From: Perna viridis
Lineage: Eukaryota
NCBI GenBank assembly: GCA_037379345.1
Contig: CM074515.1
Location: 24,552,001-24,616,000 of the forward strand
Length of the DNA stretch: 64,000 nucleotides
Direction of reading: 5' to 3'
The notes beneath the pieces were generated by a model, which worked only from the letters and a program-made list of their open reading frames with translations, was not told the DNA's origin and ran no database searches. Shown one piece after another: positions 10,396 through 23,901 of the stretch. Each line of letters starts with the position of its first letter. Position 1 is the first letter of the stretch. Position numbers and translations under genes: made by a program.

Positions 10396-13300
10396 CGAAT
10401 AGATGAATAATAAACACTTTCAAAATTGTAGGCCGAATAATGTTAAAGCCATTTGTAATTTTTGAAGCAGATTATTAAATGTTATCTGCTGTTAACTGTC
10501 TGGCCATGCCAAATACTGTAACCAAATTAACACTAATTGTTTCCTCAAATCATTCAAAGTAAACAATCAACAACTATACAGAACAATAAAGCTGCAATCC
10601 AATGTGATGAAATTAAACAAAAGTAGTCGTACATTTTGGTTATTGCTTTCTGTAATTGCATCACATGGTTAATCATAGAAGACAAATCTACTTTAACTAC
10701 GTAACCATATACTAAAAGCTAGACCAAACAAGCAGAGGACTAAGGACGAAAAGACTTCATTGGACCTTTAAAATTTGGGTCTCTAATTTGAATTTCGTTC
10801 ATCAAGTTTATTTGTTAATTTAGTATCAGCCAATGTGTCATATTTTTTTGTGCATTGTGTGTTTTTGATGTTTTTTTTTTATATTTAAAGTAATGACGTG
10901 GCTTGGGCAACTTGGTAAGTAAAACGAATATCATTATTTGTGCCGGATAACCTAATTTGGTCATGATCCCATGACAAGTATTTTGGTTCAGTATGAGCTG
11001 TCAATAATAGTTTAGTTATCTGTTTATATGTTTGCTTTCGTTTGTCTACTGATATTGTTTCTCGTTTAGTGTCTTAATGTAGTTTTTGATTTTTATTCCA
11101 AACATGATTGCTCTTCACAGCACTTGGATAAAACCGGGGTTACCAGAAGATCGTATATCTATCACGAACTTAATGAACAGTCTTTGTACGAATAATGCAA
11201 TTCTGTAAAATGTTTTTTTACCCCATAAAATGGCTACACATTTTGATTTTTGTTGTTGATATGCTTCATAGTTCTATATTACGAAATTTATAATTATTCA
11301 TTCCAATCTATCTGTTTTAAGAAGATAATTTGCATTGAAAATCCAATAGTTTCTATCGTATTTTAGTGCCATTTATTGAGTTATTTCCCTTCATTTTGAA
11401 TTCTTCAGTACATTCTTTATAATTTATATCTCTGATGGTAACTAGGAAAAGCTACATGGATTTTTCTGTTTATTTAAGCATTTCCAACAATATGTAAAAA
11501 ATAAAACAATGCAGGCTTTAAAGCCGTGACTCACATTTTGCATAATTTTTATCTGGAGTGCTACTAAATACTTACGAAACTAAAAAAGCTATTCATTTGT
11601 AATAAGAAAAAGACAAAGACTATATTTTTTCCAGGAGTAGCCGGCGGTAGACCCAATTTACTTTACAAAAGGAATTACTCTTATAAAACAGACAATAAAC
11701 AGCTGATTTTTACAGCACATTCTTTGTTTATCTACAGTTAGGGAACATTTTGATTTTTCGGATATTGGCGGGAGTTAAATCTGATTTATCTACGGGATTT
11801 TTCGAAGACAACCGGAAAGAAATATTCAGATTAGTTGTTGCTAGGCGATGAAGTCGGCCATGACAGAAACAAGTTTACAATGGAAATCGCCGTAAGGAAT
11901 TTTAAGAAGGTGGAGTGGCAGATTTAACTGACCAAAGTCGATGTCAACCCCAAAAAGTCTTTGTTCGATGCATTAATTTGAAATGTTTATCGTCCATAAA
12001 GCGAAAGAATTTTTATCAAAATTTAGGCAGGTGACCCAGAGTATAGTGTTGACGACCATCTCTCCCTTCGTTCAGTAAAACAATTTATATCAGTAAGTGT
12101 ATACAACATAAATATGCCTACGGTGCCAAAACATTCCGGAAATAACGTTTGCAGTGTAAACAATTATCAAAAAAGATAACAATTAAAAACTCTTAAGCAT
12201 CACTTCTCTGGTTTGATTAAATCGGATTTAGTGAACAAACGTGAACATTTTATTTGTTTTTTATTTTTTATAAAACTGCACTTTTAATCAGTATTTTGAC
12301 AATGGTTTTAATTAAAATGGATTTGGTAATTCAGAGTCGCAACCGCGATTGTTAAATGGTATAAAAAGAATGGTTGTTATATTTTGTTTAGTCTGTGGAA
12401 ATATTGACTCATTTATGGTGCACACTAAGTAACTCGCGTAGCGACACGCTTTCAAGCATGCCACACAGGCATTGACGTTATTTCAAAAAGACTGAAGCAA
12501 AAGAGAAATTGTTCCTGAAATGAATTTATTTTTTTAATTCAAAATAAAACAAAGTGCGAAAAACAAAGTTTTACGACGTCACAATAACATGATATAACTG
12601 AAATCACGTCTATGAGATGACAAGCGAAAAGAACAATCATCCAATCAGAAGACTTTCCATTAAAAATTGAATTATTTGCAAATACAGCTTTGACCCAAAT
12701 CGCATTTCCAAAATTTCAAGAAACGTGAACCCAATATTTTCTTCATTTGCGAACATCAAAAGTGAGAAAATAATGATAAAACCTTCTAATATTTAAAGAT
12801 TAAAAGATTATTCGAAATAACCAGATTTGCGGCAATTTTCACTTACATGTATAAGTCGCAAAATGTTTTATAAATAAGAAGTAAACTAGCCCAAACAAGG
12901 TCATTGAGTATAGCCTGTTAGAAAATAAGAAAACAAAATTATAATTTAATTTCACATGAATGACAGTCAAACTATTGACAATTGATTTGTGATCAAAACT
13001 TTATTTTGTGGAGGATTATTTGAATAAGGGACTGCGGACCAATCGATGTTAATAACGTCATAGTACAAAACAAGGTTATACAAAATAACCTGTCTTGCCG
13101 AAAGAAAATCAACTAATCAGAAAGCTTATTACAAATCAAATTAAATTATTGTGAAATGTATTAGATGTTTGAGCAATCCTAAGATACCACACTGAGTTCA
13201 TTGATGAAACGCGAATGACTGTCTTTAAATCTAAGTGCTTATTATATTAGCCGACGCATTACCGGGATAGGTAAAGGAAACCATATCATAGTTTATAATT

Positions 13301-14961
13301 GGACATCTTCAATAGTAATATCCTTAAGGCTGTCTACAAAAATAGAATAAAATCAATGACAAATACTTCATCATCTACGAAACGATACGCGCTGTATTCA
13401 TTCATAAAAACTGTGCATGTTCAGACATGAATTTTAGTAAGACAAAAAAATTTCTGTATCGGGAGTGTTTTGTACTCAGCGATTTTAAACTGGAATGCTT
13501 ACAACGTACATTATTTTATTTGATACTACCAACTACTATTTCGATGTTCTCAAACAAGCAACCCCCTCGTTAGAGAGAGTAAAAAGTATACTTGATTGTC
13601 TAAGGTAACTTTTTATTTGAATACTACAATTTAAATTTTACAAACTAAAATTGCAAAAAGAAACGAATCCTTGAACTCAATATAACCAAGTTTATTACAT
13701 TCTCTTAAATAATTCTTATGTGCAACCCATAACATATGACAAGAACTAACAGTTTTGATATTGAAACTATCAAGTTGATAAGCTTAGATATTCAACATGA
13801 CCCGTGTAGTATTTAAAAGTATTATTTAAATCATTATCAGGTAGCAATTAGACAAATAAAGATCTGATGGTCGCAAATTGAATTTACCTGCGAAATATCA
13901 AATGTTTGTAATCATGCAAACCTACAAAGACCCTAATATTTAGATTAAGCACCATCATATCCGCGCTAATGTTATTTTGGGCCAATATATATTATTTTAT
14001 TTCGATTTCGGGACCCCATCGTAAAACATGCATTCGAATAACATTTGTGTCCAAAAAGAACTTATACAAGCTCCTCTAGATTTTTAATATTCCCAATATA
14101 TTTCAAAATATGACTGACTGATATTCACGCAAAGTAAAATGACAAAAAGTATTGGCTTGACTTACTAAATAAATCAATACAAAATTAACAATAAAAGTAA
14201 CCATGGACAATCATGCTTTTCAAAGAACTCTAACACAGATTTCCCTGTTCGAGATCATCGAACTCATATCCGAGTTCAATATAGGCGTGTTTTGGTTCTT
14301 TTCTTTTCTTAATACCCTTTAATCAGAACATCTGACGAAAATCGTTACTATTGAGATATGAAATAACGGGGCGTCAATTCATCTTCCTGGAATGACTAAC
14401 GTTACATTTGACTAGAGTATGCATAAGCCCAGGTCATGTTATCATGGGTTTCTCTTTTTTTCATGGACAAATATTACCGGGAAATGCTCTATATACATGT
14501 AACCAAAACCAAGAAATTTATGTAATGGAGATACACTTAAATGGTGTAAATTCTTAAAAAGAAAAGTTGAAAAGTTGCTGATACGACAAGACCAGTCATT
14601 TTTTTTTTTTAGTTTCCGTTTTTTGTTTATTACCAGTGAAAAGCTAAAAGATTTGTCTCCATTTTTTTTTAATTTAGAAAAAAAACAAGCCTAAAGTAAT
14701 GTATTTATGCATATGTGGTCATTAAACGTAACTTCGTATTATACAAAATAAAATACTTGTAATACATTTTGATGCATGATTGCATGAAAGTGTCAGTCTC
14801 TGTTTATGGATTAGACAATGAGTGTGTAAAACATGTTAAAAAATAACCCACCATTTAGACATATGTTCCATAAGAACCAAGAAAGAAAGACAAGGTTACT
14901 AATTTCATTTTGTTAATATAAGTTTAAATTTCAATAATGCTCTCACAAACCTCAATTTTCA

Positions 14962-14964
<3 letters not shown>

Positions 14965-15000
<36 letters not shown>
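14965..15000. repeat. (AT)18 microsatellite
   Basis: Direct reading. Confidence 0.97.
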
Positions 15001-15002
<2 letters not shown>

Positions 15003-17580
15003 GCATACAAATATCAAAGCGTCAGCATTGGGATGGTATTTTATTTTAATGATGATAAGAGGTTATGTTACTCCCTGAAACACGTGTACGGCATATCGAG
15101 ATTTGGAATTTATATATGACCGCTTTTTTTTAATTCAAAGATTAACTACCGGGTCTAAATATTATATATTGGAAGTTTGACCTATTTAAATCAGGACAGA
15201 AGGCGTTTCAATTCATTATTAATAGCGATTTTCTATGCTATATTAAAACATATCGTATTAACTGATGAACGTGGATCAATAACACCATATGCCTTATGAA
15301 AAATATGAACCCATCAACAAAACAAATTATTGAGTTTAACACAAGATCAGTAGAACAGGTTCTTGCGGAAGGCTAAAGAAATCACATGAATAAATTGCTC
15401 AAGACAAGACTGGAGAAAATTAAAACGTGAAAATGAAAGCAAGTCACGCATGAGTGAGGCAATAACAGGAAATGTTTGTGTGCATTTATTCCCAGGAAAC
15501 ATGGCATGCTTGACATATTTTCGGAATTGATTGGATTATGCTCGTTTATAAACCCCTCTCTCCAATAAAACAAGTCTGTTCAATTTTGATTGAACAATTA
15601 AAATTCTATAATAAATTGTATGCATTTTTTACATTTTATTTTGAACACTTTAGACATTTCCAATCTTACATTTATATTCCTTTTTTTTTCTTTTTATTTG
15701 TGGTTTCTAAGCATCTATTCAATGATCGCTTATGTCTTAATTATATTATTTGGTTTATGAAATAGACTGTTATATGTACCTTTTTAACTGCTCCCCTCCA
15801 ATAAAAAAACTACTAATAAGAATTAGCATTCGGATAAAATGGTATTTCGTCGATAAATTTACTGAGCCGTGTTAGGGGCTTCATACATCCTTACAATGAT
15901 TTTACAATTTCGAAATTAATAGAAGTCATTTCATTTCACATGCAAAGTAAATGAATATGAATAACTTGCTACTAACATGTAACTCATATCTACAAAATTA
16001 TGTTAACCCCCCAATAAAAAAGACGCATAACCGAGGTTAAACAATCACAAGAATTTCAAAAAGCAAAGCTTTATAGTTACGTCTGAGTCTGATTTAACCA
16101 TGTCGACATTAGAAGAACTAACAATTCATTTTCAAGGAATATAGATAATTGTTTGTGTTAAAGAATAATAATGCATCTATATTTTTATAAGAGTTTGAAA
16201 TAACCTTTACAAATTCCAAATTTCATCTTCATAACTGCAATTAATAATGTCTGCAGATGTTCTATAATATTTTCTGAACATTGTGCAACAAAACCATTTT
16301 GATAGATAAGGCAGTGCAGTGGTAATTGCTAAACGATGTTTTAAACTAATAATCTGCACATTTCTATCTGTTCATTGTATTTGCATTTTAATGTTCAACA
16401 CTTCGAACATTTGATGATTAAACAAACGAAAATCGCATGGCTTATTAAGTATAAATTGTCCATTAATATAATGATAACGACCAAATGCTAGATTTAATTG
16501 CCGATTGTGAATAAGATTGCAAGAATAAATTTCAAACGTTTACATAAACCATAACTACCTTTTGATTAATGATACCAATATACATTCATATAGATTATTA
16601 CATCGCATATATACATATTGGATCCCTTATTAAACCATAGGTTTTTATATCTGTCCAAGAACCACCATGCTCACATTGATTTATGCTCAATGACTGTTTC
16701 CAGATGAGATATCAAAATATTTTGACATAAATGGAACAAAGTAAAAATAAATCTGGTAAAAAAGTATGAAAATTGTTGTATGTGTTTCAAATGAACACTG
16801 TCTCAGATAGTTCTACTAAATATTTGATCTGCTGTCATATGGCAATTGATAAATATATGTCTTTGATAGTGAAATACCAAGATGTACCATCGTTATCACA
16901 TAAAGACGATGTCCACTGTCAATGTTTTATATGCAAATACTTTATCTTCATATACGTATGGTATACGTTTAAAATAACTCATATTTAAAACCCGTCTACG
17001 CTGTTAATAACAATAAGAATAAGATACAATTTATATCAGCCGTATGTCTGATTAAAAAAATAATAGTTTGAGCTGACATTTTCTGTAATTGTGAGACTAA
17101 AAGTCATTCACTATCCTGGGCAACGATAACAATCTCTTCAAGCTGGTAAAACAAAAAGAAAAGTGATATCAAATGATAAAAGGAAAATTATCGGTTGCTC
17201 TAATTAGTTTGCTATATTTGAAGGCAAAAATGATGTATTTACAACAAACCGTAAGTGTTCCGAGGCTAAATGAACATATGTTTAGGATCGGTATGGAAAA
17301 CAATGTTTTTTTTTGTAATATACAACTGCAGTTTAATATATGATTTTTGCAAAACAATATGTCTATTTATTTAATAAAATAATATTTAAACTCCAAGTTT
17401 TTTTCTTCTTCATCTCTAGATATATATTTGTTTATGAGATTGATATGATGGTCCGAAATAATATGAAAAACATACGTACTTATCATATGATTTGAAGACA
17501 CACACAACTATATTCCACATATTTTGTGCATATTTGTTCATGGTGAGCAAAAACTACAATCGTAATGTGACGTTACATAA

Positions 17581-17690
17581 AAAACTAAAGCACTAGACCA
17601 TATAAATTCCCCCCAAATAAATGAGTGACATCAATTGCTACTAAAGGGTAAGCATGTCGTTTCCTCCAGCGGCACCCATCATATTGCAAG
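17581..17690 (-). mobile_element. Old relic related to the family C 3' structured region
   Basis: Minus strand gggtg...gacatgcttaccct...gcaattgatgtcactc is collinear with family C gggtg...ggacgcttaccct...gcacctggtccatgctc. Confidence 0.5.
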
Positions 17691-19289
17691 TGAGTATAAT
17701 CCGGTAATATTCAATAATAATACAGCTTCCTGACACGGGATACAAGACGACTTGTCAAAAATAATTTAATTTAGGGCGAAATAATTCAACGAGCGTGTTA
17801 TAAAAATACATCATACTCTTTAGATTAGGGGAATTTTTCAATGAAGATTTGACACATAAATAACAAATTGCTCTTGTGAAAGGTTGAGTAATGCTGACTC
17901 TAGGAGTACTAATAATACAATGGTAAAAGGTAAAAGAAATATAACTCAAAATTTTTAAATGTGTCTCGTGGTAATATCAGTAGAGATTTTGTATCTACCA
18001 TATCGTCATATGTATGTAGTAGCATGTACCAATAGGAAATGAACTCTGTTGTGTTAAAATGTAAATGTAAAATTTACAACTTGCGATATAAACAAACAAT
18101 TGCCAGAATCAGTCATGTACTATATTATATATACACTATTTCAAAGTTAATTACTTTATCATAGAGGTATTAACCATACACAGTGGGTTCCACCCATTAA
18201 AATTGCAAAACACTTTCGTTGCCAATATAATTTATTCTCATGTTGTACAAAACGTATTTTGAGTTTTTGGAACAATAAGGCAAATTAGGATCGCGGGTAT
18301 GTTAAGGAATTTTCTTGTACATCTTGTTGACGTCTGATCAGGCGCACAAAACGTGACGTTTTAAGTTGGGAGAATTATTTCCGGAAGTAACCAAAATCTT
18401 TGTAAATAACACGTAAGAATAGTTTAGTAAACGATTGAATAAACCCTCATCTTTATGAAGAAACACAACATAATAGAACTGACAGCAGCATTTTTTGTAT
18501 CGATTTTGACGTCACAGAGAAGCTTGAAACGTCAGAGCACCTGTAGTAAACAAATAAGACGTTATGGTTCCATTTACCGAGACGTTATACTTCAATCATC
18601 AATAAATTCTGAAGTCATATATGTTACCAGCACAACAATGATCCAAGTCTGGGTAAGTTGTATCTTAAAATCTCTTTGTTTGGGTATATGATGGTTGTAA
18701 CTATATGCGGGACCGCCAGACCGGGGTTCATTCATTACTGACCTACTCACATACATCGAGCAACTGTCATCAGAGTTTCAAACATCTTCATCTGCCGAAA
18801 TGTGTATTGAAATGATAAATATATTAACCCGATCGCAAATTTGTAAATTGATACTAGTAACTGTCTGTTTATATCATCTTCTTTTAATAGTTTTAATCAA
18901 ATTGTAAAGTTCTTCTTTTAAACAAACACTATATAAACAGAAATGTAAATTATTGTTTTTTTTCAATGATATATTCAATGATATGTCGAATTGTTGTATT
19001 ATGTGTAAAGAATTATATAATTCATTTCTACACATGTGGCCGTATACGTGGCTTTTTTAAATGACTAACCAGTAATTTAATTGAATGAAAGAAATGCTAA
19101 TTTGAATTTTACTGTCTTTATTTAAAGAGATATTCCCCAACTCCAAGCTGTTTCAAAACCATGGATAGCGGGTTAACTTTTCTTATGGTTGATAGTTCTA
19201 TAACTTTGGTGATGGAATATCGGGTATAGAATATTATCGAACTTCAACAGTCTTCAACTGAGACTGACAAGAAACTTGACTTATTAATT

Positions 19290-19373
19290 GTGAATAAATA
19301 TTCCCTGGAAGTGAATAAATATTCCCTGGAAGTGAATAAATATCCCCTGGAAGTGAATAAATATTCCCTGGAA
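19290..19373. repeat. Minisatellite, 4 x 21 bp (gtgaataaatattccctggaa)
   Basis: Four direct units with one substitution in unit 3. Confidence 0.95.
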
Positions 19374-20127
19374 CTTAGATGTAGGATTCAATTTTGATTT
19401 CAAAAACTGTTTGCAAAGTTAACAGAAGGAAGCATTTACTTGCCATAACTCATGTGTACATTATACATGTACATTGAAATTTGATGTATTAGTGAAATAC
19501 AAGAAGTTATGTCTTCAATGGAAAGTTCATTTGACGAAAGGTTTTGTGCCAAATTGTGTTTTAACTGTATTCCAATGACTGGATGGGGGTATTAATTGAA
19601 TCATATCCTATAGGACAGGTACAGTGATCAATGTGATTAACATAAGTTTCTGTAATTGTGCTAACACTTAATATTGTTCTGTATGTATACATAATTATTT
19701 TGAAAATAAAATGTTAAAAAATTTATATCAAAAATATTTTGCAGGGAATTTTGTTTGCAGTGCATGTTCAAAATGTGTTCCTCCATATCTTTTCTTTTGC
19801 AATCGTAATCGGAACAAACTTTTAAAGTTGAAAACTCAGAAAATTTGAAGCATGACCATTCCTGTAAATCATACATGTATGTGTTAACTATGAACTATAA
19901 AACAGATCTTTAAGTATGTTCATAGCCATATCATATAAGAGAAAATCGTTGAATTATTGCATGAGTTTACATGTACATGTATCAACACTTAGCCCTAGCA
20001 TATTCAAACAGATATACATATAAAGCTGAATAAAGTTAATTATGTACACCCTTAAAGTAACTGTTATATACATGTATTCCTTGAATAATGATACTTCATT
20101 CGCTACTATGGTGAGGTGTATTTGTAT

Positions 20128-20163
20128 ATGTGTGTGTGTGTGGTGGTGGTGGTGGGGGGGGGG
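20128..20163. repeat. Compound (TG)n(TGG)n(G)n microsatellite
   Basis: Direct reading. Confidence 0.9.
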
Positions 20164-21429
20164 CTATGAGAGAATCACTATCATTTAAGTATTTTATTTA
20201 TGTATGGAGCAAAAACACCACAATGTTGTTTATTCTTATTTGGTAAATTGTTCATCAACTTAAAGTATCTGATGATACCTCATATTCCTTATAAAACAAA
20301 TACTTTAGAGAGTTCAAATTGTACATATACACTCATGCAATGTCTTTTAACAATATTACATTTACACCAAATACTAAGCCGCTACATACTAAGTTATTTA
20401 AAAAAAAACTTTCTATATTCATTTATGTAGATTTCGGAGATTGACAAATTTCTAATGTAAGTGTAGTAGTGTCGAATTTTACCCATATATGATGCTATAT
20501 GTGTATTTATATTGTATTGTAAAATTCTTATATTGTTGTATTTGATAAATTAATAAAAATAAAGCATTAGTAAAGCCTTATTTGAAATAGACTATATTGA
20601 AAAGTATACGTAATTATTGATCTTTGGTTTTGATTGGTTTTTGGAAATTCCGTCATCATTTGGAGCAGTTTTTGGTTTTGAGTATGGAGTAGTGCTCGGG
20701 GTCGATGTGATTGATACAAGTTGCATTCTACAATTCTAGCATGTTTTTATTTTCATGGACTGATGAACAGTTAATACCCATTACAGACATAATGATAACT
20801 ATTTGCTGAGATGTTTTAACTAAACTGAGTGTCTGGTACATTCGAGCATAAAATAGCTCTTTCTACAAGTGAACTATGTTATATATATGCTGTATAAAAA
20901 TAGGAACCTTGACGGTTACCTTTATCAACCGACCCTGTTACATAAAGAAATATTGCCACGAAATTGTTGGATATGGAATATTTTCTACGATACCATACAA
21001 AAAGGGGGGAGAGTAACCATGTTTTGTTCAGCAGAAAAAGGAAACATGTTTAACACAGTTATTAACTTTTCTGCAAGTTATATTATAAATAACTACAATA
21101 TTCAATGAAAAATGTTTTTATTTTTCAAAAAATAAGAAACTTAAAGCGTAGTCTGCTATCGCAACTAAATCGGTTGTTCACACGTATCCGTCACATGTCA
21201 ACGTGACTGAGGTCGCCAGTGCGTTTGTTTCAATGTCGCCGCTATGTGAAAAAAATATATGGTTTAGAAAATTCAAAAGTGCAGTGGCATGCGCTATGTC
21301 GATTTTCCTGATTTATACTTCATTTGAAAGAGCATAATTCATTTTACCAGAAAACTACTGCGGGAAGATCTGTTAGGTAAAAAAAAATAACTGTAATTGT
21401 ATTTGTAGGATCTTCACTGAAGATTTGAA

Positions 21430-21640
21430 AAAGAGAAATCAAGGGAACCAGGATTCGAAAGGTAATACAAAGTATGTATTGAAAGGAAAACAACCACACA
21501 GGAAAAATAGAAAAAAGCATAACAAAAATAACACGTACAAAAGCACAAAAACAAATGAACAACACAGACTCCATAAAAATCTTGAGGCATGGATCAGATG
21601 CCCCGGTAGAGTAAGTGCCCTTTCATTTGGTAGTCACCAA
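21430..21640 (-). mobile_element. Family C diverged 3'-end copy
   Basis: aatcaagggaaccaggattc...gcatggatcagatgccccggtagagtaag aligns by eye to 43477-43700. Confidence 0.7.
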
Positions 21641-22820
21641 GTTTCCCTTACAATATCATAGTTGGAGTAGGCCAAAAGGACAAAAATATGATACGGAGAA
21701 CAAAGGTTTATCGTGGTGGAGATGTATATACAATTAACGATCCACGGGTTCATGATGACGTCTATAAAACGTCTACCGAAAAGGACACGATAAATGCCGG
21801 AATCATAAGACTCAGAATTATGTCCCGCTACCATAAATATGTCTAATTCCACATAATTCCATATTGCTTCTTCTATTCATGTCTTGGAAATCACGAAATA
21901 TCTTGCATCCTGTTATGACACGGTCACCCTCACAAATATGTCCGATTTACAAATATCTTATTAAACCGTTCTTTTTATGAACTTGTTGAAGCTTAGAACA
22001 GACCACGCTATTTCATTGACATCTTCCCCATATACATGTGTATGTGTGTAATCAGGACGCATAATTCATATTCAACATTCAGCATGTGTTCAAAAGCATA
22101 AACCTACCAGAGAACAAACATTCAGAATAGTAAATAGATAACAGAAGCGATTAAACTTTCAAAAGTTTGTCTAGAAAAATTTCAGTTTGACCCTAAAACC
22201 TAGGTTATTTTGTATGTGTATGTCTGGCCCGTTGGAATCGTCCTAGCATCAGAGTTTCCATTATCAAACTTTGTCTTCGTAAAACTGGTACACCTTATTC
22301 AACGGCGCTCGCTTATTTACTAGTGGATATCCGTGAATGCTTTTAGAATTCATAATTATAATAAATATTTTGCATGTTTGCTAACAGGTTGGTTAATGCC
22401 CTTAGAAACGCTGTTCAGGACTGGTTAATAGATGAATTAGGTTGCCCTCTTTCATCTTTATAAGTTATCGCTATAGTGCAGAGATATCTAATTAACCGTG
22501 ATCTCGTGATAACTTAGTCTTAATACAATAAATATTCCCTCTTTCAAAAAACATATATATAAACAACTGCACAATCAAACATACTGGTTCTTGTTGGGTA
22601 TAATTCGTGTTAGACTAATCCTCACACCTGACAACTTAATGACAGGGAATGGGTATTCCAATCGCGCGGTCCTGATTAATTATGCGAAATCGTCTCGAAC
22701 TGTAGTCTCTCCCACCAGTTTTGACATCCAACGTTGTTTGTTTGTAGCTTAATTATTACTGCAACGAATCTACGTTTGTGGGCACAGTCACAGAAGTTCG
22801 TGATTGTATGACGAGTCATC

Positions 22821-22870
22821 GGACAGGTTTGGGAAATCGGACATGTTTGTGACACTGAACACGTTTGTGA
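22821..22870. repeat. ~3 x 18-bp imperfect tandem repeat
   Basis: ggacaggtttgggaaatc ggacatgtttgtgacact gaacacgtttgtga. Confidence 0.65.
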
Positions 22871-23611
22871 TTCCCACACATTTACATCAAACCTCATACA
22901 AAAATGCACGTGTATTATAATTTGATAATATTGATAATGAAATAGAAATCCTGATAAGTTTAAATGGCTCTCAAGGGAAGAGTTTTGTATTGACTTTCAA
23001 ATTAAGTATTTTTATACAAAGCCATTTAGCCTTTTAAAGTACAAACTTTATATAACTATACTTGATACCATTTTCATCTAGAAATGAAGGTATGATCTAT
23101 AATCAAAATTTTACAATTTTTTTCTGATCAAAAGAATTGATTATGAAAGATGACCCATTTCTGTGCCATGAGGTTAAGAGTTCTATTTCTGTGTGAAAGT
23201 GTATAGATCGTCTGGATCAATCACTTCATGAGCTATTCATATCGTTTTTACAATATCAGTTTCTGTTTATAATGAAGTCGTGTGTTGTTATCTCAAGAAC
23301 ATGGAAAGGATTTTCATCATCGTATATGTTTTTCTTACAATTTATTGTAAAATTTAAGATAAGTTATTAACAATATTTATAATGAACACATTTTTTTGGT
23401 TCAACAAACCAATGTTACCACTTTAACAGCATTTGTATACAAAAAGATAAGGATAATCCCGATAGCAAGCTTTATAAAAAAGCAACAAAAAAACAAATAA
23501 AAATAGATTGAATCATCTTTAAAGGTAACGTCATAAATAAAACATGTAAACTTTCCAGAATTTCAAAATATTTAACATTCCATTCATGGCATTCCTATCA
23601 GATCCTATATT

Positions 23612-23901
23612 AGAGTAATAAAGGAAACCAAGGTTATAACGGTAATCAAGGAGTAATCAAGGGAACCAAGGTTATAGCGGTAATCAAAGAGTAATCAAGG
23701 GAACCAAGGTAATCAAAAGAATGTAATCCAAGGACAACGACCAGACATGGAAAACAGGCATACACAACAAAGAACATAAAGTAACTAAAATTATACATAC
23801 AAATTAATAAAAGCAAATGAGCAACTCGGACTCCACTAAAAACTCGGAGCATGGACCAGGTGTACCGGTTGAGTAAGCGTCATCTGCTTTTCTAGAAACA
23901 C
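23612..23901 (-). mobile_element. Family C 3'-end copy with triplicated terminus
   Basis: Near-identical to 43401-43700. Units start at 23612, 23650 and 23688 (the third has a deletion). Confidence 0.9.

Noticed and set aside
11500-12400. Possible decayed DNA transposon (also 18300-18800 and 22618-22900)
   Set aside because: Locally higher CpG content is suggestive, but I could not define TIRs, TSDs or transposase homology by eye.
19290-19373. CRISPR-like array (also the 38-bp units at 23612 and 43401)
   Set aside because: The units are directly adjacent with no unique spacers, there are no cas genes, and the context is eukaryotic.
19661-19876. ORF with C..KRKDMEEH..H resembling a TRAF-type zinc finger
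   Set aside because: Ligand spacing is incomplete, and there are no supporting neighbouring exons.
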